DNA of 64,000 nt from an uncultured Vicinamibacteraceae bacterium (GTDB lineage: Bacteria > Planctomycetota > Phycisphaerae > Phycisphaerales > UBA5793), in contig CAZPFK010000002.1 in the NCBI GenBank assembly GCA_964585855.1, positions 893 to 64,892 of the forward strand, read 5' to 3'. Under the pieces are notes generated by a model. That model saw only the letters and a list, made by a program, of their open reading frames with translations, was not told where the DNA came from and did not search any database. Made by a program: the position numbers and the translations under genes. How positions within the stretch are numbered: position 1 is the first letter of the stretch; every line of letters begins with the position of its first letter. Positions 10,397-20,225 of the stretch are shown here, in pieces.

Positions 10397-10477
10397 GGCG
10401 GAGTCCTCGGATCTGGTTGGGGGGCCGTGCGGAGCGCCGGCTCTGAGCCTTGATTCTTGCCGTCGCGCCGTCGGGCT

Positions 10478-13400
10478 TCAACGTCCGGGCGCGGCTGGTT
10501 CGTCAAGGGCGGGGCTTGGGGCCACGGGAGGGGGGTCGCCCCTTCGTGCCGCGTTGACCTTTTCCCTGGCGCCGTCGGCCACCGGGCCGTAGGCGTCGGC
10601 GAGGAGGTCCAGCTGCTCGGGCAGGTTGTCGTTGAACTGCTGCACGAGGTTTTCGTAGATGCGCACGACGCGCTCCCAGGTCGCGATCGCATCCTCCTGC
10701 CGTCCCAGTCGCCAGTAGACATCGCCGAGATGATCGAGGATGACCGGATCATCCCCATCCTGTGGATTGCGGGCAGCGGTCTCAAGCAGCGAGAGCGCCC
10801 CCGGAGTCGGCGGATCACCGGGGATGTCCTCCAGGATGCCGCGCTTGTAGCGGACCCAGCCCAGCGAGTCCTGATAGGCGACGATCTCCGGCTCCTGCTC
10901 GTGGGCGCGGAGGATCATCGCCTCGGCCTCCTCGAGGCGTTCGCCCCGGTCGGCAAGGGCGTAGCCGAGGTTGTTGTTGGCCGTGGGGTGGTCGGGGTCG
11001 ACTTCAAGCGCGGCTTCGAGCAGCGCTTCGGAGGCGGCGTCGTTGCCGGAGGTCGAGAAGATCTGGCTCATCTCGACGAGGGCATCCTCGAGTCGGTCCA
11101 GCGGGAGCCATTGCTCGTTGAGGGCGATCGAGGGCAGAATCCCTTCCTCGTCGGCACGGGTAAAGAGGTCAACGATCACCTCCGGCTCTTCACGGCGGAC
11201 GGCCTCCCGCAGCCGCCAGGATACGAGCGGGGCATCCTCGGTGAGCAGATCGTGTCCGGCATCAAGCCAGACCTGGAAAATCGCCACGGCGTCATCGGGG
11301 CGGTCATTGAGGACCAGTCGCTCGACGAGGCGGCGGGCCAGTTCTCGGCCCCGCTGCGGATGCTGATCCAGCGCGCGGGCGTAGAAGTCCTTCAGGTCCG
11401 TCAGGTCGCGATCCAGGAGCACGGCGGCATCGATGAGACTCGACCAGAGCGAAACTGAAAGTTGCGACTCGAGCGTCAGGGCATGCTCGATGGTCTGCTC
11501 AATGAAACGGGAGGCCTCATCGGCCCGTTGGGCGTCGCGGCTGCCCAGTTCACGCGCATAGGTGACGATCTGCAGCAGGTGGGCGTCAAGATGCTCGCCT
11601 GCGAGGCCAACCGCATCCTCCAGTCCGGTCAGGGCGGCTGTGTAGTCGGCATCCAGCAGCGCCAGCCGCACCAGGCGGAGACTGCGATCGGCAGAGGGCG
11701 GGTAGAGATCCAGCCGGCGGCGCTGGAAGGCCATCGCCTCACCTTCCCGATCCATCTGGAAGAGCACATCGACTCGGCGCTGTGCGGCCCACTCCGCATA
11801 GGGATTTTCATCAAGGCAGGCCGCGAGAAAGTCATCGGCCTCGGCGAGCTGCTCCCGGGCAAGCAGCAGACTCACCCAGTGGTTGCGCAAGGCATCGTCT
11901 CCGGGCCGCTGCTGCCGGGCGGCGCGGAGCCAGCCCTCCGCCTCATCGAACAGGCCGGCACTTATCCACGATTCGATCAACAGGCGGACCAGCGTCTCAT
12001 CACGCGGATTCGAGGCGACAAGCGCGGCAAACCCGGCCGCGGCGTTGGCAGGTGAGCCCTGGTAAAGATCCTGCCGCGCCCGGACTTCGGCCGCAAGCGC
12101 ACTTTGCGGGGCGTCTGAGGCGAGGCGACGGGCCAGGGTGACGTAGCGCTCCGGGTCGCTGAGGGGGCCGGCCGGGCCGTAGAGGTCCAGCAGGAGGCGA
12201 GCCGCCCACGGCTGGGGCTGCGGAGATTCAGTCAGTCGCGTCAGCAGGGTCTGCGCTTCGAAGAGACGACCCAGTTCAACGAGGACGATTGCTGATCGGC
12301 GACGAAGGTCTTCGGATTGCTCCGTTGCATCGCCGGAGGTCGAGACGCCAAGCCATTCGTGCGCCTCGCCCGCGAGACCCAGGTTGGTACAGGCCTCAGC
12401 CACAGCGAGCGCAAAGTCAGCCGAAGAATGCCCATCCTTGTCGATCCTTCGCAGCTCATCCCGTGCCAGATCGCGCTGCAGTTGCATGGCAAGCGCCCGC
12501 GCGCGCAGAAGGCGTCCGGCGGAGTGCGATTCCCCGTCAGCCATGACCTCGAGGGCTTCCTGCGGGGCTCCCTGCCGCAACAACAGGGCGGCGCGGAGCA
12601 GAGGCATCCAGTCATCGTCGGGACCGGGGCTTTCCAGCAGGAAGTCGGCAGTCCCGGCAACGGCGACAGCCTCCTCAACGAGGAGATCCGGAATGGTCTC
12701 GATCCGTTCCGCCTCAGCCAGCAGGACATCCCAGACGGCCTCGGCGGAGCGGTTCTGCGCTCCCCAGGCGACCAGCTCAAGGCGAACCTCGCTGCGAGAC
12801 CCGGAGGGCCCGGCCAGGAAGTCGCGGAAGAGCCGCTCGGCCTGCCGGCGGTCGGAGAGTTCGGCAGCGGCGACGACGGTGTGGACCGCAACATCTTCCC
12901 CCGTCGTGCACTGCCGTCGAAGCGCCTCGGCGAGGAGGTCTGCAGAGGGAATCTCAGCAGCGAACTCGGCGAGCCCGGCCTGAGCGGGCGGGGTGGCGGG
13001 GTCGGCAAGGAGGCGGTAGAGGCGCAGGAGCGCGGTGTGCTCCATTCCGCTGCGGAGCGCGGCGTAGAGGATGCGCGGCACGAGGGCCTGCGGATTGATC
13101 AGGGGCAGCATCTCCGCCTGCCGGTAGATTTCCAGGGCTTCGGCAGGTCTGCCCAGGCGGAGGGAGGCGTCGCCGATTTCAACGAGGTGGGCGACGCGCT
13201 GGCGGCGAAAGCGCTGCCACTCACGCGGCGCAGCGGCACAGTGCGTGGGGTACTCCGCCTGGAGTTGCAGGGGCCTCCAGCATTGGAGCGCTGCGGCGTC
13301 GTGCCCCAGTTCCCGGAAGGCAAGCCCGAGATCATGGATGCACAGCAACCACAGCGCGACATCGGCCTCGGGATCAGGAGTCTCAAGACTCGGCGCGTCT

Positions 13401-14086
13401 GCCTGGGCATCCATCGGCAACAGACCGAGGCCCACGGCAAGGTGGCCCGCTGCCCGGAGTGCATCGCCCTGTTGTCGAGCCATGACGGCGAAGTGGTAGC
13501 GGGCCTCAAGGTCGGCCTGATCCTGTGCCAGGATGCCTTCAAAGAGGGGAATCGCGCGTCCAGGACCCGTCGATTCGAGATGCGCACGGGCCATGAGGCG
13601 AAGGACGGCCGTTGCGCCGGGATCAAGCGTTCGGGCCTGCTCAAGAATCTCCAGAGACTCGCTGAATCGCCCCTGGAGGAACAACTCGCGGCCCTGGAGG
13701 AAGAGCTGCTCGGCGCGGCGCCGTGCGGTCGGGCTCTGTGGCGGATGGTGAACCTCGGCCGGGGGTTCGGGCAGGACCACGGAGGCGAGCGCTTCGGCCA
13801 GGTCAGCGCGACTGCGGAGGTCATCGGCGGGGCGACGCGCCACGCTCTCGCCGTCCAGACCGGGTGGGAGTGGGGCCTCCGGGAAGTCGCCGTCGGGCCG
13901 TTCGGCGGCGGCACGCTGCTCAAGACGGGCAGCGGCGGGGTTGTCCGCGGTGGCTGGGGAGGGAGTCGACGCGGGAGCGGCCGTGTCGTTCGAGGGAGCG
14001 GTCGCGCAACCGGTCAGAAGGAGCGCTGCACACGGTCCCAGCAGCCGGATCGGGCGCATGAGGTTCCACAGAAAGTGCACTGCCAC
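10478..14086 (-). CDS. Large TPR-repeat lipoprotein (1202 aa)
   Basis: GTG start with GGAGG 8 nt upstream. Lipobox LLLTGC at the N-terminus. Helical-repeat sequence rich in A/L/R, with repeated TPR-like blocks (..A...Y..AL..DP....A...LG..Y...G...EA..) throughout. Confidence 0.85.
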   Translation of the reverse strand: MAVHFLWNLMRPIRLLGPCAALLLTGCATAPSNDTAAPASTPSPATADNPAAARLEQRAAAERPDGDFPEAPLPPGLDGESVARRPADDLRSRADLAEALASVVLPEPPAEVHHPPQSPTARRRAEQLFLQGRELFLQGRFSESLEILEQARTLDPGATAVLRLMARAHLESTGPGRAIPLFEGILAQDQADLEARYHFAVMARQQGDALRAAGHLAVGLGLLPMDAQADAPSLETPDPEADVALWLLCIHDLGLAFRELGHDAAALQCWRPLQLQAEYPTHCAAAPREWQRFRRQRVAHLVEIGDASLRLGRPAEALEIYRQAEMLPLINPQALVPRILYAALRSGMEHTALLRLYRLLADPATPPAQAGLAEFAAEIPSADLLAEALRRQCTTGEDVAVHTVVAAAELSDRRQAERLFRDFLAGPSGSRSEVRLELVAWGAQNRSAEAVWDVLLAEAERIETIPDLLVEEAVAVAGTADFLLESPGPDDDWMPLLRAALLLRQGAPQEALEVMADGESHSAGRLLRARALAMQLQRDLARDELRRIDKDGHSSADFALAVAEACTNLGLAGEAHEWLGVSTSGDATEQSEDLRRRSAIVLVELGRLFEAQTLLTRLTESPQPQPWAARLLLDLYGPAGPLSDPERYVTLARRLASDAPQSALAAEVRARQDLYQGSPANAAAGFAALVASNPRDETLVRLLIESWISAGLFDEAEGWLRAARQQRPGDDALRNHWVSLLLAREQLAEADDFLAACLDENPYAEWAAQRRVDVLFQMDREGEAMAFQRRRLDLYPPSADRSLRLVRLALLDADYTAALTGLEDAVGLAGEHLDAHLLQIVTYARELGSRDAQRADEASRFIEQTIEHALTLESQLSVSLWSSLIDAAVLLDRDLTDLKDFYARALDQHPQRGRELARRLVERLVLNDRPDDAVAIFQVWLDAGHDLLTEDAPLVSWRLREAVRREEPEVIVDLFTRADEEGILPSIALNEQWLPLDRLEDALVEMSQIFSTSGNDAASEALLEAALEVDPDHPTANNNLGYALADRGERLEEAEAMILRAHEQEPEIVAYQDSLGWVRYKRGILEDIPGDPPTPGALSLLETAARNPQDGDDPVILDHLGDVYWRLGRQEDAIATWERVVRIYENLVQQFNDNLPEQLDLLADAYGPVADGAREKVNAARRGDPPPVAPSPALDEPAAPGR

Positions 14087-14192
14087 GTGGTTCCCGCCTC
14101 CGAGGGCCCCGGTTGGGCGGTTACGCCTGGTGCGCTGCGGCCTGCCGGGGTCAAACAGGGAAGGGTAGGCCGATTGCGGCGTCGGCGGGGCG

Positions 14193-14897
14193 TTACTGGG
14201 TGTTGAAGCCGAAGATGCGCGTCGCCAGCCGGGTCATTTCCATGTACGGGTCGTTGTAGGCAGGGCCGGCGGGACGGGGTTCGGTCGTTGCATCATTCTC
14301 CAGCCAGCCCTGAAGGAGCAGGGAGGCCTCCCGTGCCTCGGCTGCGGGGATCTGGTGCTCGAGCCAGGCGGAGGCGGCGGCGAGATCGGTCCCCTCGGCG
14401 ATGATGCCTTCGCGGATCAGGGCGTTGAGCAGCTGCGTGTCCACCGGGATGATGTGGCGTCCCAGGGCCAGCAGCAGCACCTGCGCGGAGACGTAGGGAA
14501 CCATGCCGGCGAGACTGTCGAGGTATTCGCGTGCTTCGCGCTTGTGCAGTTCGCGGAGGAAGGAGAGGTCGATGGAGTGCTGACGCTGGAAGATGTCGTT
14601 GAGGGCGGCTCGGAGGCGGCAGCTTCGCTCAAAGGCCAGCGGGTAGCGAGGGCCGATGACCTCCACGACTTCGGAAGGAATCCAGACGCGCAACTCATTG
14701 AAATCGACGGTGTTCTGCTTCAGGCGGCGGTAGGCGACGTCGGCCCGGTTGCTTGCGCACTCCCAGAGCAGAAACCCGCTGATGAGCTGCTCGGTGGGCG
14801 TGAGTGACTCCGGCTCCGGCACCTCGTAGTGCCGGCGCAGCCGCTCAAGCAGGGCTGCGAGGTTCGCGGCGGAATGAGCGGGTCCGGAGGGAGTCAT
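14193..14897 (-). CDS. HhH-GPD (endonuclease III-like) superfamily protein, probably non-catalytic
   Basis: Aligns by eye to the EndoIII core (LISGFLLWECASN..., YLDSLAGMVPYVSAQVLLLALGRHIIPVDTQLLNAL). It lacks the LPGVGxKT lysine and the C-terminal 4Fe-4S cysteines. Confidence 0.55.
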   Translation of the reverse strand: MTPSGPAHSAANLAALLERLRRHYEVPEPESLTPTEQLISGFLLWECASNRADVAYRRLKQNTVDFNELRVWIPSEVVEVIGPRYPLAFERSCRLRAALNDIFQRQHSIDLSFLRELHKREAREYLDSLAGMVPYVSAQVLLLALGRHIIPVDTQLLNALIREGIIAEGTDLAAASAWLEHQIPAAEAREASLLLQGWLENDATTEPRPAGPAYNDPYMEMTRLATRIFGFNTQ

Positions 14898-14903
14898 GGG
14901 GCG

Positions 14904-15335
14904 TCAGGCGTGTCCGGCGTCTGGATCGTGATCGACGGCATCATCGGGCTCGTCGAATTCGCTTCGCAGGTCATCGAGGGTTTCCTCCTGCTCCTGCCCG
15001 GCCGGTCCCCGTCGCAGCAACTGTTGAAGCAGGGCGTCCTTCTTGATCGACTCATCGAGTCTGAAGCGGATGTGCGGAGGCCGGCGCATGGCGAGGCGCT
15101 CGTTAAGCTCGCGCTGCAGGCGCAGCGTGCTGCTCTCCAGGCCTCGGAACGAGAGCGCCTGGTGCTCCTCGGGGTAGATGGAGACGAAAACGTCGGCCTG
15201 GCGAAGGTCGCCGGTGACTTCGACCCGGGTGACGGTGAGCAAGCCGCGGACACGCGGATCGGAGAGGCCGCGAACGAGGATCTCCTGCACGGCTCGCCGG
15301 ATGGTGGAGGCGATCTGTTCCTGGCGGATGCTCAT
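14904..15335 (-). CDS. rbfA: Ribosome-binding factor A
   Basis: MSIRQEQIASTIRRAVQEILVRGLSDPRV...VTRVEVTGDLRQADVFVS is typical RbfA. It lies directly downstream of infB. Confidence 0.9.
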   Translation of the reverse strand: MSIRQEQIASTIRRAVQEILVRGLSDPRVRGLLTVTRVEVTGDLRQADVFVSIYPEEHQALSFRGLESSTLRLQRELNERLAMRRPPHIRFRLDESIKKDALLQQLLRRGPAGQEQEETLDDLRSEFDEPDDAVDHDPDAGHA

Positions 15336-15384
15336 GGGTGTCCTTGTCGATGCGGCGCCGATCCGCTCCGTTGCTGAGTGTTGG

Positions 15385-18300
15385 TCACAGCGTGCGCTTC
15401 ACCTCGACGACGCGGTAGCACTCGATGACGTCGCCGGGCTTGATGTCGTCGTAGCCGTTGACCTTCATGCCGCATTCCTGACCGGCCTTGACTTCGCGGA
15501 CATCGTCCTTGAATCGCTTGAGCTGCTCAAGCAGGCGATCGTTTTCGACCACGATGTCCTGCCGGGTGATGCGCACCCGGGCGTTGCGCTCGATGCTGCC
15601 GTCGGTCACGTAGCAGCCGGCGATCATGCCGACCTTGGAGATCTTGAAGACATCGCGGACCTCGGCATGGCCGAGCACTTCCTCGCGCTTCTCCGGCTCC
15701 AGGAGTCCGGAGGCGGCTCGGCGGACATCGTCGAGCAGTTCGTAGATGACCTGGTAGGTGCGGATTTCGACGTCGCGCTGCTCGGCCTGTTCGCGGGCCT
15801 TGGCCGAGGCAATGACGTGGAAGCCGAGGATGATCGCACCGGAGGCCTCGGCGAGGGTGACGTCGGAGTCGTTGATTCCGCCGACGGCGGCGTGGAGGAC
15901 GCGGATGTTGACCTCGTCTGTGGAGATTTCCTCCAGCGTCTTGCGCAGCGTTTCGACGGAGCCGGCGACGTCGGCTTTGACGATGAGGTTCAGGTCGCGG
16001 CGACCGGCGCTCTTGATCTGCGTAAAGACGTTGTCGAGGGTGACCTTCGGTGCGGCCAGCTGGCGCTCCCGTTCGATCGACCGGCGCTGCTCGGCCGCCT
16101 GCTCGGCGATCCGGAGCGATTCGACGACGAAGAAGGAGTCGCCGGCGTCAGGCAGTTCCGAGAGGCCGGAGATCTCCAGCGGCGTGGCGGGACCGGCTTC
16201 CTCGATTTTCTTTCCGCGATCGTCGGTCATGTCGCGGACTCGACCGAAGGCGCGTCCCATGACGACGACGTCGCCGATCTTGACCCGCCCGTCCTGTACC
16301 AGGACGTTGGCCACGGGACCGCGCCCCTCGACCATGCGGGCTTCGATGACGGCGCCGCGGGCCGGGCCGCCGTAGTCTGCGGTCAGTTCCATCAGCTGGG
16401 ACTGGAAATCAATGGCGTCGAGGAGGTCCTGCACGCCGTCGCCGGTGACGGCGGAGACGCGGACCAGTTCGGTCTTGCCGCCCCACTCGACGGGGGAGAG
16501 TTCGTGCTCGGCCAGCTGGCCGAAGATCTTGCGGATGTTCTCCTCGGTCGCCTCGGGCCGGTCGATCTTGTTGAGGGCGACGATGAGGCCGACGCCTGCG
16601 GCCTTGGCGTGGTTGATGGATTCGATGGTCTGCGGCATCACTCCGTCGTCGGCGGCGACGACGAGCACGACGATGTCGGTGACCTTCGCACCCCGGGCGC
16701 GCATCGCCGTGAAGGCCTCGTGGCCCGGCGTGTCGAGGAAGACAATCTTCTTGTTCTCATCGTCCCCGGCCCGCACGTCCACGCGGAAGGCCGAGGTATG
16801 CTGCGTGATGCCGCCAGCCTCTCCTGCTGCGACGTTGGCCTTACGGATGCGGTCAAGGAGCGAGGTCTTGCCGTGGTCAACGTGGCCCATGATGGTGACC
16901 ACCGGGGGCCTGGGCCGGACATCCACCTGCTGTCGGTCCTGGAACTGTGATTCGACGATGTCCTGCGCGGACTGCCGGGCGACGACGTCGAGTTCGATGT
17001 TGTGCTCCATCATGATCTCAATCGCCAGTTCCGGATCAATGCCGGAGTTGATCGTGGTCATTACGCCCCGGCTCATCATCGCCTTGAGAATGTCGCCGCC
17101 GCGGATTCCGGTGGCGCTGGAGAGGTCCTTGATGGTGAAGGGCGCCTCGATCCGCACGGAACCGCCGACTTCGCGGGCCGTCTTGGCCTTTTCGCCGCCC
17201 GGACGCTTGGCGGCGTCGCGCTTGATGGTCTTGATGAACCCGTGCGCCCCGGCGAGCCGCTGCTCGCGCTCACGCAGATCCTGCGCGCCCCAGTCGCGCC
17301 GCCGACCGCCCGCCTGGGCTGACCCGGAACGACCGGCCGGAGCGTTGCTGTGATCCGTGCGCGGAGCGCCGGACTTGCGGCGAACATTGCGCCGCGACCC
17401 CGGATCGGCGCCGGGCTCGGGCATCGGTCCGCCGGCTCCCATGCCGCCCTGCATCGGCCGGCCGCGGCCCGGTCCCCCGGGCGCTCTCGGTCCGCGCGGC
17501 TTTGGTGTTGAGACGTCTTCGGCTTCCTCGACGCGCACGACCTTCGGGCCGGAGACTTTCGCCGGCTTCTGCTGCATATCGCTGAGGCGCGGGCCTGCCG
17601 CCTCGACATTCTCAGGGCGAACCGGTACGTTCGGGACCGCCTGCCGCGTCGAGGGTGCGGGCGTGCTCCCGGCCTCTGTCGTGTCGGCGGTTTCCGCCTC
17701 CCCGCCGGTCTGGGCGGCTTCCTGCTGGGCGCGCGCTTCGGCGATGGCCTGCTCGGAATCCTTGATGTCGCCTGTGGGCGGGCCGATGATGACCTCGTGC
17801 GGTCGCCCGTCGGTCTGGCGCGGACGCAGGTCGGACTCACGCGGGGCGGTCCCGTCCTCGGTGCGGGCTCGGACCGTGACGATCGGTCGGCGCGGGCGAG
17901 CGGTCTCCTCGGGAGCGGCTTCCTCGGTCGAGGTGACGGGCTTGCGGACAGGCCGGCGCGGCGCCTCCTTCTCCTCGGCGGCCTTGGCACGCGGCTTCTT
18001 CCGGGCGGCGGCCTTCTTCACGGCCTTCTGCTTGGTCGGGTCGGCGTCGGCGGCCTTGCGGCGCGGGGAAGAGGCGGCGGAGTCGTCGCCGGAGTCGTCG
18101 CCGGAGTCGACGGCGGCATCAGACTCGCCGGACTCGGCAAACCACCCGCGGATGGAGAACTCCAGTCCCACCGAGACGACGCTCATGTGGTTTTCGATGT
18201 TGGGAACGCCTTCGGCGTTGCAGCGCGCCACGATGTCCTTGGAGGGAACTCCAATTTCTTTGGCCAGGTGGTGCACTCGTTTGGTCTTCGTCTTAGCCAA
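15385..18300 (-). CDS. infB: Translation initiation factor IF-2
   Basis: GTPase motifs [20 protein letters not shown] and NKID. Low-complexity N-terminal region. The C-terminal half is conserved in the IF-2 pattern. Confidence 0.97.
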   Translation of the reverse strand: MAKTKTKRVHHLAKEIGVPSKDIVARCNAEGVPNIENHMSVVSVGLEFSIRGWFAESGESDAAVDSGDDSGDDSAASSPRRKAADADPTKQKAVKKAAARKKPRAKAAEEKEAPRRPVRKPVTSTEEAAPEETARPRRPIVTVRARTEDGTAPRESDLRPRQTDGRPHEVIIGPPTGDIKDSEQAIAEARAQQEAAQTGGEAETADTTEAGSTPAPSTRQAVPNVPVRPENVEAAGPRLSDMQQKPAKVSGPKVVRVEEAEDVSTPKPRGPRAPGGPGRGRPMQGGMGAGGPMPEPGADPGSRRNVRRKSGAPRTDHSNAPAGRSGSAQAGGRRRDWGAQDLREREQRLAGAHGFIKTIKRDAAKRPGGEKAKTAREVGGSVRIEAPFTIKDLSSATGIRGGDILKAMMSRGVMTTINSGIDPELAIEIMMEHNIELDVVARQSAQDIVESQFQDRQQVDVRPRPPVVTIMGHVDHGKTSLLDRIRKANVAAGEAGGITQHTSAFRVDVRAGDDENKKIVFLDTPGHEAFTAMRARGAKVTDIVVLVVAADDGVMPQTIESINHAKAAGVGLIVALNKIDRPEATEENIRKIFGQLAEHELSPVEWGGKTELVRVSAVTGDGVQDLLDAIDFQSQLMELTADYGGPARGAVIEARMVEGRGPVANVLVQDGRVKIGDVVVMGRAFGRVRDMTDDRGKKIEEAGPATPLEISGLSELPDAGDSFFVVESLRIAEQAAEQRRSIERERQLAAPKVTLDNVFTQIKSAGRRDLNLIVKADVAGSVETLRKTLEEISTDEVNIRVLHAAVGGINDSDVTLAEASGAIILGFHVIASAKAREQAEQRDVEIRTYQVIYELLDDVRRAASGLLEPEKREEVLGHAEVRDVFKISKVGMIAGCYVTDGSIERNARVRITRQDIVVENDRLLEQLKRFKDDVREVKAGQECGMKVNGYDDIKPGDVIECYRVVEVKRTL

Positions 18301-18366
18301 TGCTGACTCCTGAATCGGTCCTCATTCAATCCTGCGAATCTCCGCCCCCATCCGTTCCTGCCGGCG

Positions 18367-19833
18367 CTACGTCTCCCGCGTCTCCGATGCCTCCTGATCG
18401 GCCGTCTCGGAGCTGCGAGTGACCTCCACCTGCACATCCCGCTCCGGCTCCTCGACCGGCGCGGGCTCGCCGCCGCCGAAGCCGAGAATCGCCGCGGCCT
18501 GAGAATCGGCATCTGGATCCACGGCTGCGTCGGGAGCGCGACCGTCGGAGCCGGCGCCCAGGACGCTCTCGGCCAGGACCTTCTCCTCGGCACGGCGGGC
18601 TTCTTCCTCGAGCTTGGCCTTTTCCTGCTCCTCAGCGACAACGCGGGCGCGTGCGGAGGCGGCCTGGACCATCCGCAGGCCGAGTTCTTCATCAACCTCG
18701 AGCTCGGCGCAGAGCACATCGGCACCGACTTCTTCGATGTCAAAGACGCTGATCATGCCCAGCACGGCGAGGCGATCGACGACCTCCTCGGTCACGCCCT
18801 CGACGCTCTTCATCGTCTCCACGAGAATGTCGATGCTCTTGGCGTACTCGACCGGCGTGAGTATGTCGATGTCCCAGCCCGTCAGCCGGGCCGCAAGGCG
18901 GACATTCTGCCCGCGTTTGCCGATGGCGAGACTCAACTGGTCCTCCTCGACCACGACGGTGGCCCGGCCCAGCTCGAAGCACAGCGAGACATCCTTGACC
19001 TCGGCGGGCTTGAGCGAGTTCTGGATGAGAATCTGGCTCGACTCGTTCCATCGCACGATGTCGATCTTCTCGCCGCCGAGTTCATCAACGATGTTCTTGA
19101 TGCGGCTGCCGCGCACGCCGACGCAGGCGCCGACGGCGTCCACCTTGGAGTCGATGGAGGAGACGGCGATCTTGGTGCGGAAGCCGGGCTCGCGCGCCAT
19201 GGCGCGAATCTCGATGATCCGCTCGGCGACTTCCGGGACCTCAACCTCGAAGAGGCGGCGGATGAAGTCGGGATGGGCGCGGGAGAGGATGATCTTCACC
19301 TGGTTACCCAGGTCCTTGACTTCGAAGATGAAGCAGCGGACGCGGTCGCCGGTGTGGAACTGCTCGCCGGGAATCTGCTCGGAACGGGGCATGATGCCCT
19401 CGGCCCGTTCAATCTGAATGACCAGGGTGCCGCCCTCGTAGCGCTGTGCCACACCGGTGACGATCTCGCCGACGCGCTTGGAGAACTCAGAGAAGAGGGA
19501 GGCACGCTCGCCCTCGCGGAAGCGCTGGATCATCACCTGCTTGGCTGTCTGCGCGGGGATGCGGCCCAGTTCCTTCAGATCAATCTCCTCTTCGGAGACG
19601 GGGCCGATCGGATTGCCCTCCTCATCCACCTCGTCGGGCGGGAGAATGCGGAAGAGGCGGATCTCGCCGCTGAAGCGATCCATCGTGCAGCGGAACTCCT
19701 CGGTGTCGATGGAGCCGAAGTGCTTGCGCGCGGCCGAAACCATCGCCGATTCGATGTCCTGAAAGAGGATTTCGCGGTCGATGTTCCGTTCCCGGGCGAT
19801 TTGATCGATGATCCGAAGCGTTTCCGCATTCAT
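18367..19833 (-). CDS. nusA: Transcription termination/antitermination factor NusA
   Basis: NusA N-terminal domain, S1 and two KH modules (GACVGVRGSRIKNIVDELGGEKIDIV, AIGKRGQNVRLAARLTGWDIDI). Located upstream of infB. Confidence 0.96.
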   Translation of the reverse strand: MNAETLRIIDQIARERNIDREILFQDIESAMVSAARKHFGSIDTEEFRCTMDRFSGEIRLFRILPPDEVDEEGNPIGPVSEEEIDLKELGRIPAQTAKQVMIQRFREGERASLFSEFSKRVGEIVTGVAQRYEGGTLVIQIERAEGIMPRSEQIPGEQFHTGDRVRCFIFEVKDLGNQVKIILSRAHPDFIRRLFEVEVPEVAERIIEIRAMAREPGFRTKIAVSSIDSKVDAVGACVGVRGSRIKNIVDELGGEKIDIVRWNESSQILIQNSLKPAEVKDVSLCFELGRATVVVEEDQLSLAIGKRGQNVRLAARLTGWDIDILTPVEYAKSIDILVETMKSVEGVTEEVVDRLAVLGMISVFDIEEVGADVLCAELEVDEELGLRMVQAASARARVVAEEQEKAKLEEEARRAEEKVLAESVLGAGSDGRAPDAAVDPDADSQAAAILGFGGGEPAPVEEPERDVQVEVTRSSETADQEASETRET

Positions 19834-20225
19834 CTTCAGTTGTCCTGTGCGGCCGCGGCCATTGGCCGGGCCGGCCTGCCGAGTTGTGAGTCACTCCCGG
19901 GGCAACAGACGCCCCGAGAAACGATACAAGCCACGGGCACGCAACCGTGCCGGTGGCCTGTTCACTCGTTCGACCGTCACACCGGCGTTTCGGCCGGGAG
20001 TGCCGTTCGAACAGTCGTCCTGTGGCGTGTGCCTCAGGCCATGACCAACCCCGCTTCCGGGAGGTGGTCCGAACAGACCGCCCAAACTGTGACCAGGGTA
20101 CGGTCAGACATTATTTCTGCCCTGATCCACTGTTGCGCCTCCGTGAATCCGCGGCCGGACCCATGCCGGCCGACTGAAGTCAATCGTAGCCGCCCAAGGC
20201 CCTGCGGCCAGACGATCCACTCATG

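Noticed and set aside
12317-14206. Very long ORFs antisense to real genes: 2003-3352, 6859-7908, 12317-14206, 15178-16950, 19273-20382, 28410-30041, 35706-37337, 37570-39615, 40581-41834, 45392-46843, 57872-59104, 61560-63353
   Set aside because: This is the expected artefact of a GC-rich genome with G/C-ending codons, where stop codons are rare on the opposite strand. The translations are Arg/Gly/Ala/Pro-rich with no recognisable motifs. The sense-strand genes, in contrast, have strong family signatures.
19834-20225. tRNA (e.g. initiator tRNA-Met) or tmRNA upstream of nusA
   Set aside because: There is no T-arm (GGTTCGAATCC-like with flanking complementary stems) and no CCA-proximal acceptor pairing on either strand. 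The only GTTCGAA string (about 19996-20002) lacks flanking stem complementarity.
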